Source: an uncultured Acidobacteriota bacterium
GTDB lineage: Bacteria > Acidobacteriota > Thermoanaerobaculia > Multivoradales > UBA5704
Assembly (NCBI GenBank): GCA_963770895.1
Contig: CAVYRF010000002.1
Location: forward strand, 2,176,001-2,240,000
Length of the DNA: 64,000 nucleotides
Direction: 5' to 3'
The position numbers were made by a program, and so were the translations under genes. Below are positions 50,968 through 60,964 of the stretch, one piece after another; positions within the stretch are counted from its first letter, which is position 1; the number at the start of each line of letters is the position of its first letter. Under the pieces are notes generated by a model. That model was not told where the DNA came from and searched no databases. It saw only the letters and a list, made by a program, of their open reading frames with translations.

Positions 50968-51704
50968 GGCGGCGCACCTCCGGCCGGCGCCGGCGCCGGA
51001 GCGGCCCCGGCGGCGACGTCGGCGTGCCAGTCGAAGCTGACCACGCTTCGCCGCTTGATCGAGGTGGCGACCAGCATGTCGAGCACACCGCCGACCGGGC
51101 CGGTCGTCACGGTCTCCTCGCTCCGCGTGTCCGCCGCCGGCGCGCCGGCGACCGAACGCGACACCCAGTCCTGGGTCTGCGCCTGCTCACCGCGCGAGAA
51201 AGGGCTCACGGCGAGGTGGGCGACGATGTGCCAGGGTCCCGGCGCGAACGCTCGCCCGGCCGCCAGCACGGGGAGCCGCAGCGCCTGCCACCAGGCGATC
51301 AGGCGGTCGAGCGTCGGCAGGCTGGCCTGCATCCGGCGCCCGTCGCTGCCCACGGCGGTGGCCAGGAAGACTTCGTCCCAGAGCTCGTATCGCACCTCGA
51401 CCAGGCCGCCGCCGCGCGCCTTCTTCCCCTGGGCGTCGGTGGCGGTGACCGAGAGCGCCAGGCTGGTGGTGAGCCCCGAGGTCAAGCGGGGCTTGACCTC
51501 GGAGTGGGACAGGACGTACGCCGGCAGCGCCGCGAACAGCACGCGATCGGCGCCGACCTCGAAAGCCGGCCGCGCCGCAGGCGCGGCAGCCGTGGCAGGC
51601 GCGCCGGCCGGCCCGGCCGCCGGTGGGGCGGTCTGAGGTCCCGGTGCGGCCGCCCCGCGGGCGCCCCGCGCCGCCAGCGTCAGCGCCAGCGCCGCCACGG
51701 TCAC
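50964..51704 (-). CDS. Secreted hypothetical protein (DUF4390-like position and composition)
   Basis: C-terminal part of ORF 50964..53030. GGAG RBS, GTG at 51704, signal peptide, RLTSGLTTS...VRYELWDEVF. Stop overlaps the kinase start. Confidence 0.6.
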   Translation of the reverse strand: MTVAALALTLAARGARGAAAPGPQTAPPAAGPAGAPATAAAPAARPAFEVGADRVLFAALPAYVLSHSEVKPRLTSGLTTSLALSVTATDAQGKKARGGGLVEVRYELWDEVFLATAVGSDGRRMQASLPTLDRLIAWWQALRLPVLAAGRAFAPGPWHIVAHLAVSPFSRGEQAQTQDWVSRSVAGAPAADTRSEETVTTGPVGGVLDMLVATSIKRRSVVSFDWHADVAAGAAPAPAPAGGAPP

Positions 51705-51745
51705 GGCTCCTTTCCAATGGGACGGGCCCGCCGCTCGCGCGGCGG

Positions 51746-53005
51746 TCAAGGCGCCACCTGACCCGCATAGGTGAAGGTCAGACGCACCAGGCCCCACTGG
51801 TTGCGGTACACGGCGCCGATGCTGGCCGCGACCTGCGTGAAATACAGCCTGGGGCCGTTGGCAACCACCGGAAAGCCGTGCAGCAGGCTCTTGCCGAGAC
51901 TCGCTTCGAAGCGCAGGTCGCCCAGCCGGCGGCTGGTGGCGTCGTCCCACAGGCTTGCCGAGTAGAGCAGGGCGGCGCTGCCGCCTTCGCCCGAGCCAGG
52001 GTTGAAGTAGAACAGGTAGGTCCCCTGCTCGCGCAGGCCAAACCCCTGGAGATTGACACCCACGGATTGGCGAGAGGTGAGCGGCCAGTAGTTGGTGGCG
52101 CTCAGGTTCAGCTGCTCGACCTGTGCGTAGCCTTTGAAGTTGCCGTAGCCGAAGATCTCGTCGAAATTGGTGTACGAGCCGAGCGCGGTGGCCTCGATGT
52201 CGGCGCCGCGGGTGGGGATGATGGGATCGTCGGTGGTGCGGTAGATCACGCCGACGCTTGTCGCGTAGTCGTTGCTGACCGCGGCGAGGCCGTCGATCGT
52301 GACCTTGGTCCATTGCGGCGAAATGACCAGGGTGAGGTTGGCGCTGAGCGGGATGCCGACAGTGCCGGACAGGTTGGGCACCGACGAAAGGTGCGGGTCC
52401 CAGGACTCGGCGGCTTCCAGCGTCGCATAGCTGCCGTTGCCGAACAGGTTGTACTGCGTGTACCCCACCGACACGGTCTTGGCATCGCCGGCGCCGTAGC
52501 CGACCGATTCGAAGGCGAAGCCGCCGGCGCCGACGAACTGGCGCAGCGACACGGTCTCCTGGCTCGCCCAGTGGAGGCCGGAGATGTTGGTCGGATAGTA
52601 AGGCGGTTGCTGGTAGGTGGCGGTCGGCGTGGCCTCGACGAACAGCGGCCGCGTCTCCTCGACGATCACCACCAGCTCGTAGCTGCCGCGCACCGATCCC
52701 TTGCGCAGCGTGAGGTCGGCTTCGACGACAAAGGGCAGCCGTTTGACGCGGTAGACGGCCTCCTGCAGCTCGCGCTCGGTGTAGCTTTGCCCGGTCTTGA
52801 GGTAGGACTGCGAGATGACGATGGCCTGGGCGCTGCTGCTGTTGACGCCCTCGACCTTGATCGATTCGATGAGGAATCGCGGCGCCTGCGCCGCCGCCGG
52901 CCGGGTTGCCGCCGCGGCAAGCCAGGATGCGAGCGCCATTGCCACGACCGCCGCGAGCCGCGGCAGCTTGAACCTGGGTGAAGCCAAAGAAGCGGAGCGC
53001 CACAT
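51746..53005 (-). CDS. Outer-membrane protein with one POTRA-like domain and a beta-barrel region
   Basis: Signal peptide; IESIKVEG...LKTGQSYTERELQEAVYRVKRLPFV...LVVIVEET (POTRA); YTQYNLFGNG; DDPIIPTRG; alternating aromatic strands. Confidence 0.7.
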   Translation of the reverse strand: MWRSASLASPRFKLPRLAAVVAMALASWLAAAATRPAAAQAPRFLIESIKVEGVNSSSAQAIVISQSYLKTGQSYTERELQEAVYRVKRLPFVVEADLTLRKGSVRGSYELVVIVEETRPLFVEATPTATYQQPPYYPTNISGLHWASQETVSLRQFVGAGGFAFESVGYGAGDAKTVSVGYTQYNLFGNGSYATLEAAESWDPHLSSVPNLSGTVGIPLSANLTLVISPQWTKVTIDGLAAVSNDYATSVGVIYRTTDDPIIPTRGADIEATALGSYTNFDEIFGYGNFKGYAQVEQLNLSATNYWPLTSRQSVGVNLQGFGLREQGTYLFYFNPGSGEGGSAALLYSASLWDDATSRRLGDLRFEASLGKSLLHGFPVVANGPRLYFTQVAASIGAVYRNQWGLVRLTFTYAGQVAP

Positions 53006-53061
53006 CGTCGAGTCTCCTTGCTCGGGCCAAGGCCCGTGTTCACTACGACGTGGTGGTCCAG

Positions 53062-53078
53062 GGCAAGGCGGCTGCCAG
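53062..53078 (-). promoter_or_regulatory. Sigma54 (-24/-12) promoter
   Basis: The minus strand reads CTGGCAGCCGCCTTGCC (GG-N10-GC with TGGCA and TTGC), about 57 bp upstream of the ATG at 53005. Confidence 0.7.
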
Positions 53079-53209
53079 TCCGGTCAGGCTCCCGGCACGG
53101 TCCATGGCTCCAGGTTCAAACCCTTCGATCTTCAGCTGCTTACCCCTCCCGCACCGAGACACGGCGGGGATTGCGTGCGCCTTCGCATGCGCAAGTATAC
53201 GCAGACACC

Positions 53210-53227
53210 TGTATGAAGATTCATACA
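53210..53227. promoter_or_regulatory. Palindromic candidate enhancer (UAS)
   Basis: TGTATGAA-GA-TTCATACA with perfect 8-bp arms. An adjacent TGCG-N8-CGCA lies at 53188-53203. Confidence 0.55.
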
Positions 53228-53328
53228 CCTGCGGTGGCGCCTCCGGGCGGGTCCGGCGGGCGGTGTCTGGCGGGTCCGGCGGGGTCGGGCGGGGTTGTCG
53301 CTGGCCGGCCCGCCGCCGGGTGGCTGCG

Positions 53329-55167
53329 CTACTCGCCGGCCCAGAGGGCGGGGACGTCGCCGTGGCGGGTTTCGATGGCGATGGAGAGGGGGGCGCCGCT
53401 GGCGGGGAGGTTGACGTGGAGGTGCTGGATGGCGCTGGTGCGCACGTCGAAGGTGCCGAAGCGGATGGATTGGGGGGCGGTGGCGGGACCGGTGATGTGC
53501 TCGGGCAGGTAGAGATAGCCGACGGGGTGGTCGGGGAAACGGACGGTTTCGGCGGTGGGGCCGGTCCAGCGGTATTGGGCCAGCCGGTCGCCGTGCTGGA
53601 AGGTGAGGCGGGCGTAGGTGTAGGGGTAGCCGCCGATCGAGGTGGAGCCCAGGATCTTGCCGCCGGTCCAGGGGCCCAGGAGGTGCTCGAACAGGCGGAT
53701 GGTGGCCTGGAAAGGCTTTGCGACCTGGGGGGCGGGGAGTCCGAAGAGCGTCGCCAGCGGCTCGTAGTCGGCGTGCTGGGCTCCTTCGATGGCGTCCTGG
53801 ACCTTTTGCGAGCGCATCTTCATCAGGTCCTGCTCTTCTTCGTCCTGGCCTTCGAGGAGGAGGGTCAGGCCTTCCTGGCCTTCGGCCCAGACTTGCAGGC
53901 CAAGGCCTGCCAGGGTCAGGCGCAGCTGCTCGCCCGAGGGGAGGGCGAAGCGGCCGGCGCAGCGGCGGAGCTGGGCGGCGTCCAGGCGGATCGCCTGCGG
54001 GGGCTGCGGGTCGGGTTCGTGGAAGTAGCGGCTTTCCAGGTGCGGGCCCATGGAGACGGCGGAGAAGTCGGCTTTGTTGGAGCTGGCGACGAGGACGACC
54101 TGGTCGTCGATATAGCGGCGGACGTCGGTTTCGAAGACGCCGTTGCCGCCGGTGTGCGAAGCCAGCCGCGAGCCGGTGGGGCCGTGAATCATCGACCAGC
54201 CGTAGCCGTAGCGGGAGGGGGTGTTGGGGCCTTCGCGGACGTAGGGGGTGAGGATCTTGCGCCGCTCGTCGGCCGGCAGGACGGTGTTGCCGGCCAGGGC
54301 CAGGTGCCAAAGGTAGAGATCTCCGGTGGTGGAGAGCACGCCGCCGTTGCCGCGCAGGTTCCAGTAGGGGCCGTCGGGGGCCCAGCGGTGGTCGAGCGGG
54401 GTACCCCAGGGGCCGTCCAGACCATAGCCGTGGGCGAGGGTCCAGCGGTCGCGGGCGGGGAGGCGAAAGCCGGTGTGGCGCATGCCGGCGGGCAGGAAGA
54501 GCTGCTGCCGCATGAAGTCGCCCAGGGGCTGGCCGGAGGCGATTTCGACCACGGCGGCGAGCAGGCTGTAGCCGGCGTTCGAGTAGCGGAAACGCTTGCC
54601 CGGCGCGCCCAGCAGGCGGGTCGCGAACAGGCGGCGCACCATTTCGTCGCGCCCCAGCGGCTCGTATTCGGCGCCCAGGACGTCGACGAAGCCGGCGGTG
54701 TGGGTCAGGACCTGGTGGAGGGTGATCGCGGCCTTGTCGGGCGGCGCCGCGGGAAAGAAGCGCGACAGCGGGTCTTCGACGTGGAGCTTGCCTTGCTGTT
54801 CGAGCTTGAGGAGGGCGGCGGCGGTGAACTGCTTGGAGACGGAGGCGATATCGAACAGAGTCCCAGCGGTGTAGGGGGTGCCCGCGTCCTGGTCGGCCCA
54901 GCCGTAGCCCTTGTTGAGCAGGACCTGGCCGTGGCTGGCGACCAGGACCGATCCCGAAAAACCGAAGGCTTCCAGCCGGCGCAGGTAGTCGTCGAAAGCG
55001 GCGCCCACCGGCCCCCGTACGCCGCCGCGGGTGGTGCTCTGCCAGAGAGTGCGGCCGGGATGGTGGCCGGCGAAGACCAGCAGGAGAGCCCCCAGGAGGC
55101 AGGCTGCAGCGGCCCGCGGTGCCGGCCTCGGGCGCGTGCGGCGCGACGAGGAGGGGGCTTCGCCCAT
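53329..55167 (-). CDS. Serine hydrolase, beta-lactamase class C / peptidase S12 family
   Basis: FDIASVSKQF (SxxK), LTHTAG, YSNAGY and HTGG motifs; N-terminal signal. Confidence 0.92.
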   Translation of the reverse strand: MGEAPSSSRRTRPRPAPRAAAACLLGALLLVFAGHHPGRTLWQSTTRGGVRGPVGAAFDDYLRRLEAFGFSGSVLVASHGQVLLNKGYGWADQDAGTPYTAGTLFDIASVSKQFTAAALLKLEQQGKLHVEDPLSRFFPAAPPDKAAITLHQVLTHTAGFVDVLGAEYEPLGRDEMVRRLFATRLLGAPGKRFRYSNAGYSLLAAVVEIASGQPLGDFMRQQLFLPAGMRHTGFRLPARDRWTLAHGYGLDGPWGTPLDHRWAPDGPYWNLRGNGGVLSTTGDLYLWHLALAGNTVLPADERRKILTPYVREGPNTPSRYGYGWSMIHGPTGSRLASHTGGNGVFETDVRRYIDDQVVLVASSNKADFSAVSMGPHLESRYFHEPDPQPPQAIRLDAAQLRRCAGRFALPSGEQLRLTLAGLGLQVWAEGQEGLTLLLEGQDEEEQDLMKMRSQKVQDAIEGAQHADYEPLATLFGLPAPQVAKPFQATIRLFEHLLGPWTGGKILGSTSIGGYPYTYARLTFQHGDRLAQYRWTGPTAETVRFPDHPVGYLYLPEHITGPATAPQSIRFGTFDVRTSAIQHLHVNLPASGAPLSIAIETRHGDVPALWAGE

Positions 55168-55532
55168 GGGTCCGGTTCAGGCCCGGCCCGGCTGTCCGGC
55201 CGCCGGGTTGGGGAGCGGCAGGGGCAGGGCACTCATGCGGTGAGGGGCGGTCGAGATCGGCAAGGTCTGCGCAGTGCCGGCGCATCCCGGCCCGCCGGGT
55301 GCGCGAAGCGCCAGGGAGCCTATCACCACGTGTGCCGCCTTGCCGCCGTCGCATGGCCGGGAGCCTGCCGTTGCAGAAAAGCATCGGAGCCCATGAAAAC
55401 GGCGCGATGGCCTCATCCCTGGAGGGGGGCGGGGGCTGAGGGCGGAACGCCCTCAGCCCAAACACGACCGACCGCTGTCTCGGCACATCTCCATTGCGGG
55501 GAGGATGCGCTGCGAGGGATCAGACCTCAGCC

Positions 55533-56084
55533 TTACGGTTTCGACGCGGCGAGGCTCCTGTCGAACTCGTCCGGGGTGATGAACCCGTTGTGGTCGGTGT
55601 CCATCTGATCGAACTCATATTTCAAGACGGCTGCTTCGTTGGCCTTGGTGGCCTTCATGCCGGCCGGCAGCGAGGTCTTGTCCACGTGGCTCAGCCAGGG
55701 CTTCTTCTGCTTGTGCGCCCAGGCCGACATCTCCTCGTGAGAGATCTTGCCGTCATGATTGGTGTCGATCTCGTCGAACCTCGCCTTGGCCACCTGCTTG
55801 GCCGCGTCACTTTCGCAAGGCGTCGAGAAGTAACACTTGTTGTTCGTATTGTAGGTGTTCATGCCGCATGGCAGGTTGCAGTTGCAGGCAAAGACATTGC
55901 ATACCGGCTCCTGCGCGCCGCATACGCAATTGCTGCTGCCGCTAATGCAGAATTCACAAAGCGTCGAGGTGCAACATGCGGCAGCCGGCGAGGGCGACAG
56001 CATCATGCCGAGCATGAACAGACAGGTCGCAATGCCCAGGGTGACCGCGGTGACGTGACCCTCCCTTGAAAGACAGGAATTCAT
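55533..56084 (-). CDS. Secreted Cys-rich protein with two EF-hands
   Basis: Signal peptide; 12 Cys in about 55 aa; DTNHDGKISHEE and DTDHNGFITPDE EF-hand loops; AGGAG RBS. Confidence 0.85.
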   Translation of the reverse strand: MNSCLSREGHVTAVTLGIATCLFMLGMMLSPSPAAACCTSTLCEFCISGSSNCVCGAQEPVCNVFACNCNLPCGMNTYNTNNKCYFSTPCESDAAKQVAKARFDEIDTNHDGKISHEEMSAWAHKQKKPWLSHVDKTSLPAGMKATKANEAAVLKYEFDQMDTDHNGFITPDEFDRSLAASKP

Positions 56085-56447
56085 AGCCACTTTCTCCTTT
56101 CCGGTCGTGATTCGATCGGGCCATCGTTACGATGAAAGAAGTTGAAGCACAAGCTCGTGAACACATTGTAATAAGACGATGATTGCCGGCCTGGCGCCGA
56201 TCTCGATTACCAGCCGCGCCCCGTCCACCGCCCTGCCGCCCTGCGGCCTTGCCGTCGTGCCCAAGCTCCTGCCGCGGTCATGCCCGGCTCCCGCGGTTCC
56301 CGGGCTCAACGGGGTTCCCGGCGTTCCCGCCCCGGCCTGGTAGACGACACACCTGTCTGCTAGCATCCCAGCGCCGATCCTCTTGATGTCGTGACGGATG
56401 ATGATGGGGACCCCGGACCCGCAGCGCATTCCCAGGAAGGGACGAAC

Positions 56448-57743
56448 ATGCCAGGCAGCCCGCTTCGTGCCGACGCCGTGCCAGCCACCCCTACCACCGT
56501 CCCTCGGCAGTGCACGCACGCACTTCGGGGCGGGCAGCGCCGCCAGCGGTTGGCCGCGGGCCTGTCTGGCCTGGGCCTGATCGCGGTCCTTGCATGCGGC
56601 GCGCTGGCGCTCGCCGTGGCGGCGCCGTCGCCGGCGCTGGCCGATGGCTCCGCGTCCGCAGCCGCGTCCGACGCGGTGGTCGGCCAGGTCCTGCAGATGC
56701 TGCAGGGCGGCGTGACCTCGCCGGTCATCCTGGCCTGGCTGCAAAAGACGGGCAAGCGGCCGGCGGCGATCGAAAGCGCCGACCTGGTAGCGCTGCACAA
56801 GGCGGGCGGCAGCGACCAGCTGCTGGCCAAGCTGATCGACCTGGCGCAGCCGCCGGCGTCGGGGGGGCCGACTTCGCCAGACGCCGGCTCCGCCGCTGCC
56901 GCCGCTCCTCCTCCGGCCCCGCCGGCCGCCGCCGCACCGCGGTCCGCGCCAGCCTCGGCGGCGGCGGCGCGGCCGGCCGCGATCCCGGCGCCTCCGGTGG
57001 CGCCGCCGCCCCCTTCGCCGGCGGCCATCCCGGTGGCGCCTCCGGCACCCCCGTCGGCCGCCGCGATCGCCGCGCCGCCGTCCTCGCCGCCGCCGGCGCC
57101 TGCCGCGCCCCCGGTTGGCGCCGCCGCCGCGGCGGCGGGCGGACCGGTGAACGTGCAGGTTGCGGTCACCTACCGGCCGGTGTTTGCCGAATACGAGGAG
57201 CCCTGGTCGCTGTACGTGTACGTGGACGGCCGGCTGCTCACGGTGGTCGATCCGGGGCCTGCGATGCTGCCGCTGCCCGCCAAGAAGTTCGAGCGGCTGC
57301 TGGAGCCCGGCAAGCACGTGCTGCGCGTGACGCAGGAGCGCCACCGCCGCTACAACCGGATCGTCGGCTATCTCACCCCCTCGCGCGTCGACCCGAACGA
57401 CTTCGCCTTCGAGCTGGTGGCGGGGACGCCGGCGCAGATCCGCATCCACTTCGGCGAAAAGAGCTTCCGCCATCCGGGCCCGGTGTCCGTGCGCATCGAG
57501 CAGGGCGGGCGGGAAATCGTCAACTCGGAGCCGGCGGCGGGCAACGAGGAGACCTGGCAGGCGCTGTGCGAAGACGTCACGGCCAGCATGCCGGCCGACC
57601 AGCCCTTGCGCGGTGCGGCGCGCAAGGACAAGGACCGTTGCGTGGCCTGGCCGGCGCTGTGGCCTTCGGTCGCCGCGGTGCCGTCGCGCGACGAGGTGCG
57701 GGCCGAGATCGATCGCCAGCGCCACGCGCAGGACTCCAAGTAG
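56448..57743 (+). CDS. Secreted hypothetical protein with a Pro/Ala-rich linker
   Basis: Hydrophobic signal, helical N-domain (DLVALHKAGGSDQLLAKL), PA-rich tract and beta-rich C-domain. Start uncertain. Confidence 0.65.
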   Translation: MPGSPLRADAVPATPTTVPRQCTHALRGGQRRQRLAAGLSGLGLIAVLACGALALAVAAPSPALADGSASAAASDAVVGQVLQMLQGGVTSPVILAWLQKTGKRPAAIESADLVALHKAGGSDQLLAKLIDLAQPPASGGPTSPDAGSAAAAAPPPAPPAAAAPRSAPASAAAARPAAIPAPPVAPPPPSPAAIPVAPPAPPSAAAIAAPPSSPPPAPAAPPVGAAAAAAGGPVNVQVAVTYRPVFAEYEEPWSLYVYVDGRLLTVVDPGPAMLPLPAKKFERLLEPGKHVLRVTQERHRRYNRIVGYLTPSRVDPNDFAFELVAGTPAQIRIHFGEKSFRHPGPVSVRIEQGGREIVNSEPAAGNEETWQALCEDVTASMPADQPLRGAARKDKDRCVAWPALWPSVAAVPSRDEVRAEIDRQRHAQDSK

Positions 57744-57771
57744 CGCCGCCCCGGCCTCGGTCGATCGGTCC

Positions 57772-60156
57772 ATGAACCGGCCTGGGAAGCCTCGTCGCCT
57801 GCTGGTCGCCGCCGGCTGCACCGCCGGGCTCGCGGCGGCGCTGTGGCTGGTCTCGACTGCGCCCATGTTGTCGCAGCCGCGATCGGCTCGCGATCCACGG
57901 CCGTCGCCGGCGTCGACCGAGCCGCCGCTGCCGGCGTCCTCGGCATCGCAGGCGGCCCTGCCGTCCGCTTCACCGCCCGACCCTGCCCCCGGCTTTTTGG
58001 ACCAGTACTCCGCCTCCCAGCGCTTCACGCTCGGGGCGCCGCAGTCGATCCAGATCGCGCCCGGCGGCGCGGCGGTGGTCTTCCTGCGCTCGGCGCCGCG
58101 CTCGCCGGTGACCGACCTGTACGAACTCGACCCGGCGACGGGCCAGGAGCGCCTGCTGGCGAGCGCCGAGCGGCTGCTGGGCGGCGGTGAAGAGCACCTG
58201 TCGGCCGAGGAGAGGGCGCGGCGCGAGCGCTCGCGGACGGCGACGCGCGGCATCACGTCCTACGATCTGTCGCAGGACGGCACCCGCGTGCTGGTGCCGC
58301 TGTCGGGTCGTCTGTTCGTCGTCGAGCGGCGCTCCGGGGTGGTGCGTGAGCTGCCGTCCGCGGGCGGCTTTCCGCTCGACCCCCGCCTGTCGCCGGACGG
58401 TTCCCGCGTCGCCTGCGTGCGCGACGGCGATCTGCACGTCATGGACGTCGCGACGGGAACGGACCGCCGGCTGACCACCGGCGCCGGCGCCACGCTCAGC
58501 CACGGCCTTGCCGAGTTCGTGGCGCAGGAGGAGATGGGGCGCCGCGAAGGCTACTGGTGGTCGCCGGACGGCGGCACGATCGCCTTCGAGGAGTCGGACA
58601 CCAGCCAGGTCGAGGTGTTCCACATCGCCGACCCGATGCACCCCGATCGGCCCGCCGAGGCGTCGTCCTACCCGCGGCCCGGCCGCAACAACGCGGTGGT
58701 GCGCCTCGGCCTGGTGAGCGCCGCCGGCGGCGCGGTGACGTGGGTCGATTGGGACCGCCAGACGTTCCCGTACCTGGCCGCCGCCACCTGGACGCAGGGC
58801 GGCCCGCTGACGCTGCTGGTGCAGAACCGCGAGCAGACCGAAGAGCGCCTGCTGGCGGTGGCTCCCGGCGGCGGCACCCGCACGCTGCTTGCCGAAAGCG
58901 ATGCGGCGTGGCTCGACATCAACCATTCGGTGCCGCGGTGGCTCCCCGACGGCAGCGGCTTCCTGTGGCTGAGCGAGCGCACCGGCGAAGCGCGCCTGGA
59001 GCTGCGCGCGGCCGACGGCACGCCGCGCCGGCTGTTGACGCCGCCTGGGTTCGGCTTGCAGACGCTGGCCGGCCTGGACCCTGCCGCCGCGGGCGGCGGC
59101 TCGCTGGTGGTGGTGGCGAGCACCGACCCCACGCAGCCGCGGCTGTGGCGCCTGCCGCTCGATGTCGGAGTCGGCGGAGTCGGCGGAGTCGGCGCCGGCG
59201 CCGGTGCCGCCGCGGCGCCGGTCCTGCTCACTCCCGCGCCGGGGGTCTACGGGGCGGTCGTCGCGCGCGACGGGGGCGCCTCGGTCTGGTCGGAGGCGCT
59301 GCTTTCGGGTGAGCGCACCTGGAGCGTGCGGCGGCGCGACGGCAGCGAGGCGGGGCGGCTGCGCTCGGTCCTGGAAGCGGCGCCCTTTTCGCCGCGGCTG
59401 GAGCTGACGACGCTCGGTCCGCTGGGTTTTCACGCCGCCCTGGTGCGCCCGCGCACGTTCACGGCGGGGCACAAGTATCCGGTGCTGGTGCGCGTCTACG
59501 CCGGCCCCGGCGTGCGTCTGACCGAGGCCGCGCCGCGCACCTACCTGCTGGATCAGTGGATGGCCGACCACGGCTTCATCGTGTTCAGCATGGACGGGCG
59601 CGGCACGCCCGGGCGCGGCCGGGATTGGGAGCGCGTGATCAAGGGCAGCTTGATCGAGGTGCAGCTGGCCGACCAGGTGGCCGGTCTGCAGGCGGCGGGG
59701 GCGAAATATCCCGAGATGGACCTGTCGCGGGTGGGGATCGTCGGCTGGTCGTTCGGCGGCTATTTTTCCGCCATGGCGGCGATGCGGCGCCCCGACGTGT
59801 ACCGGGCGGCGGTCGCCGGCGCTCCGGTCTGCGACTGGCACGACTACGACACCCACTACACGGAGCGCTACCTGGGCCTGCCGCAGACCAACCCGACAGG
59901 GTACCGCGACAGCTCGGTGCTGACCTATTGTCCCAACCTGCGGGTGCCGCTGCTGGTGGTGCATGGCACCGCCGACGACAACGTGTATTTCATGCACAGC
60001 CTCAAGCTGACCGACGGCCTGTTTCGCGCCGGCCGGCCCTACGACTTTCTGGTGCTGCCGGGCTTCACCCACATGGTCCCGGACGCCGCGGTGCAGCGCG
60101 CCCTGCAGGATCGCATCATGAGCTTCTTCGTCGCCCACTTGGGCGTCGCCAGCTGA
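57772..60156 (+). CDS. Dipeptidyl peptidase IV (S9B) family peptidase
   Basis: AQEEM, WWSPDG, YPRPG, GWSFGG, YDTHYTERY, HGTADDNV and the catalytic His in GFTH. Confidence 0.95.
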   Translation: MNRPGKPRRLLVAAGCTAGLAAALWLVSTAPMLSQPRSARDPRPSPASTEPPLPASSASQAALPSASPPDPAPGFLDQYSASQRFTLGAPQSIQIAPGGAAVVFLRSAPRSPVTDLYELDPATGQERLLASAERLLGGGEEHLSAEERARRERSRTATRGITSYDLSQDGTRVLVPLSGRLFVVERRSGVVRELPSAGGFPLDPRLSPDGSRVACVRDGDLHVMDVATGTDRRLTTGAGATLSHGLAEFVAQEEMGRREGYWWSPDGGTIAFEESDTSQVEVFHIADPMHPDRPAEASSYPRPGRNNAVVRLGLVSAAGGAVTWVDWDRQTFPYLAAATWTQGGPLTLLVQNREQTEERLLAVAPGGGTRTLLAESDAAWLDINHSVPRWLPDGSGFLWLSERTGEARLELRAADGTPRRLLTPPGFGLQTLAGLDPAAAGGGSLVVVASTDPTQPRLWRLPLDVGVGGVGGVGAGAGAAAAPVLLTPAPGVYGAVVARDGGASVWSEALLSGERTWSVRRRDGSEAGRLRSVLEAAPFSPRLELTTLGPLGFHAALVRPRTFTAGHKYPVLVRVYAGPGVRLTEAAPRTYLLDQWMADHGFIVFSMDGRGTPGRGRDWERVIKGSLIEVQLADQVAGLQAAGAKYPEMDLSRVGIVGWSFGGYFSAMAAMRRPDVYRAAVAGAPVCDWHDYDTHYTERYLGLPQTNPTGYRDSSVLTYCPNLRVPLLVVHGTADDNVYFMHSLKLTDGLFRAGRPYDFLVLPGFTHMVPDAAVQRALQDRIMSFFVAHLGVAS

Positions 60157-60187
60157 CCGCGCAACCCCCGCAAGCCTGCCGTCGTCG

Positions 60188-60775
60188 TCAATGCCGGGCC
60201 AGCGCGGCCTCGATGGCGGCGACCACCTCGGGTGCGTCGGGGGAGACCGGCGGTCCGAAGCGGGCCGTGATCTGGCCGTCGCGCCCGACCAGGAACTTGG
60301 TGAAGTTCCAGAAGATCTGGCCGCCAAACTTGGGGTCGGTCCTGTCGTCGGTGAGGAACTGGTACAGCGGCGCCTTGTCGCTGCCCCGCACCGAGATCTT
60401 GGCGAACATGTCGAAGGTGACGCCGTAGTTCTTCTGGCAGAAGGTGCCGATCTCGGCGTTGGTGCCTGGCTCCTGCCACAGGAAGTTGTTGGCCGGGAAG
60501 CCCAGGATGACAAATCCCTGCGGATGGTATTTCTGGTAGAGCTCTTCCAGCGCCTTGTATTGCGGTGTGAAGCCGCAGCGGCTGGCGGTGTTGACGATCA
60601 TCGCCACCTGGCCCTGATAGCGCGCCAGATCGACCGCCTGGCCGGTGAGGCTGGGCATGGTGAAGCGCCACACCGGCGCGGCTTGCGAGGGCGACGCGCC
60701 GCGCGCCGGCGGCGCGGTCACGGCGAGCGGTCCCACGATCAGGGCGACGGCGACGAACAAGATCAGGCGCACCAT
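60188..60775 (-). CDS. Glutathione peroxidase-family protein with signal peptide
   Basis: NTASRCGFTPQY, LGFPANNF and WNFTKFLV motifs. Confidence 0.93.
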   Translation of the reverse strand: MVRLILFVAVALIVGPLAVTAPPARGASPSQAAPVWRFTMPSLTGQAVDLARYQGQVAMIVNTASRCGFTPQYKALEELYQKYHPQGFVILGFPANNFLWQEPGTNAEIGTFCQKNYGVTFDMFAKISVRGSDKAPLYQFLTDDRTDPKFGGQIFWNFTKFLVGRDGQITARFGPPVSPDAPEVVAAIEAALARH

Positions 60776-60964
60776 GTCTGGCTCCTTCTTTTCAGCCTTC
60801 AGCGTCATCTTACCCTGGCGCTCGCCGCGCCGGCGCTGGTGCCGGCGCCAGTACACCCCGCCTCCGGCAGATGCAACTTGCCGGCTGCGCCGGCGTATTG
60901 ATCACGGAGACCCGTACCCATTTCCGCAGCACAAACCGTGCGATGTGCGATGAGGAGACCCATA

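Noticed and set aside
56880-57140. Repetitive CCG/GCC tract as a repeat array or CRISPR
   Set aside because: It encodes a Pro/Ala linker; no fixed repeat-spacer structure here or elsewhere in the window.
59164-59200. Short GTCGGCGGA tandem repeat in the DPP-IV gene
   Set aside because: In-frame low-complexity loop (GVGGVGGVG) with no sign of function.
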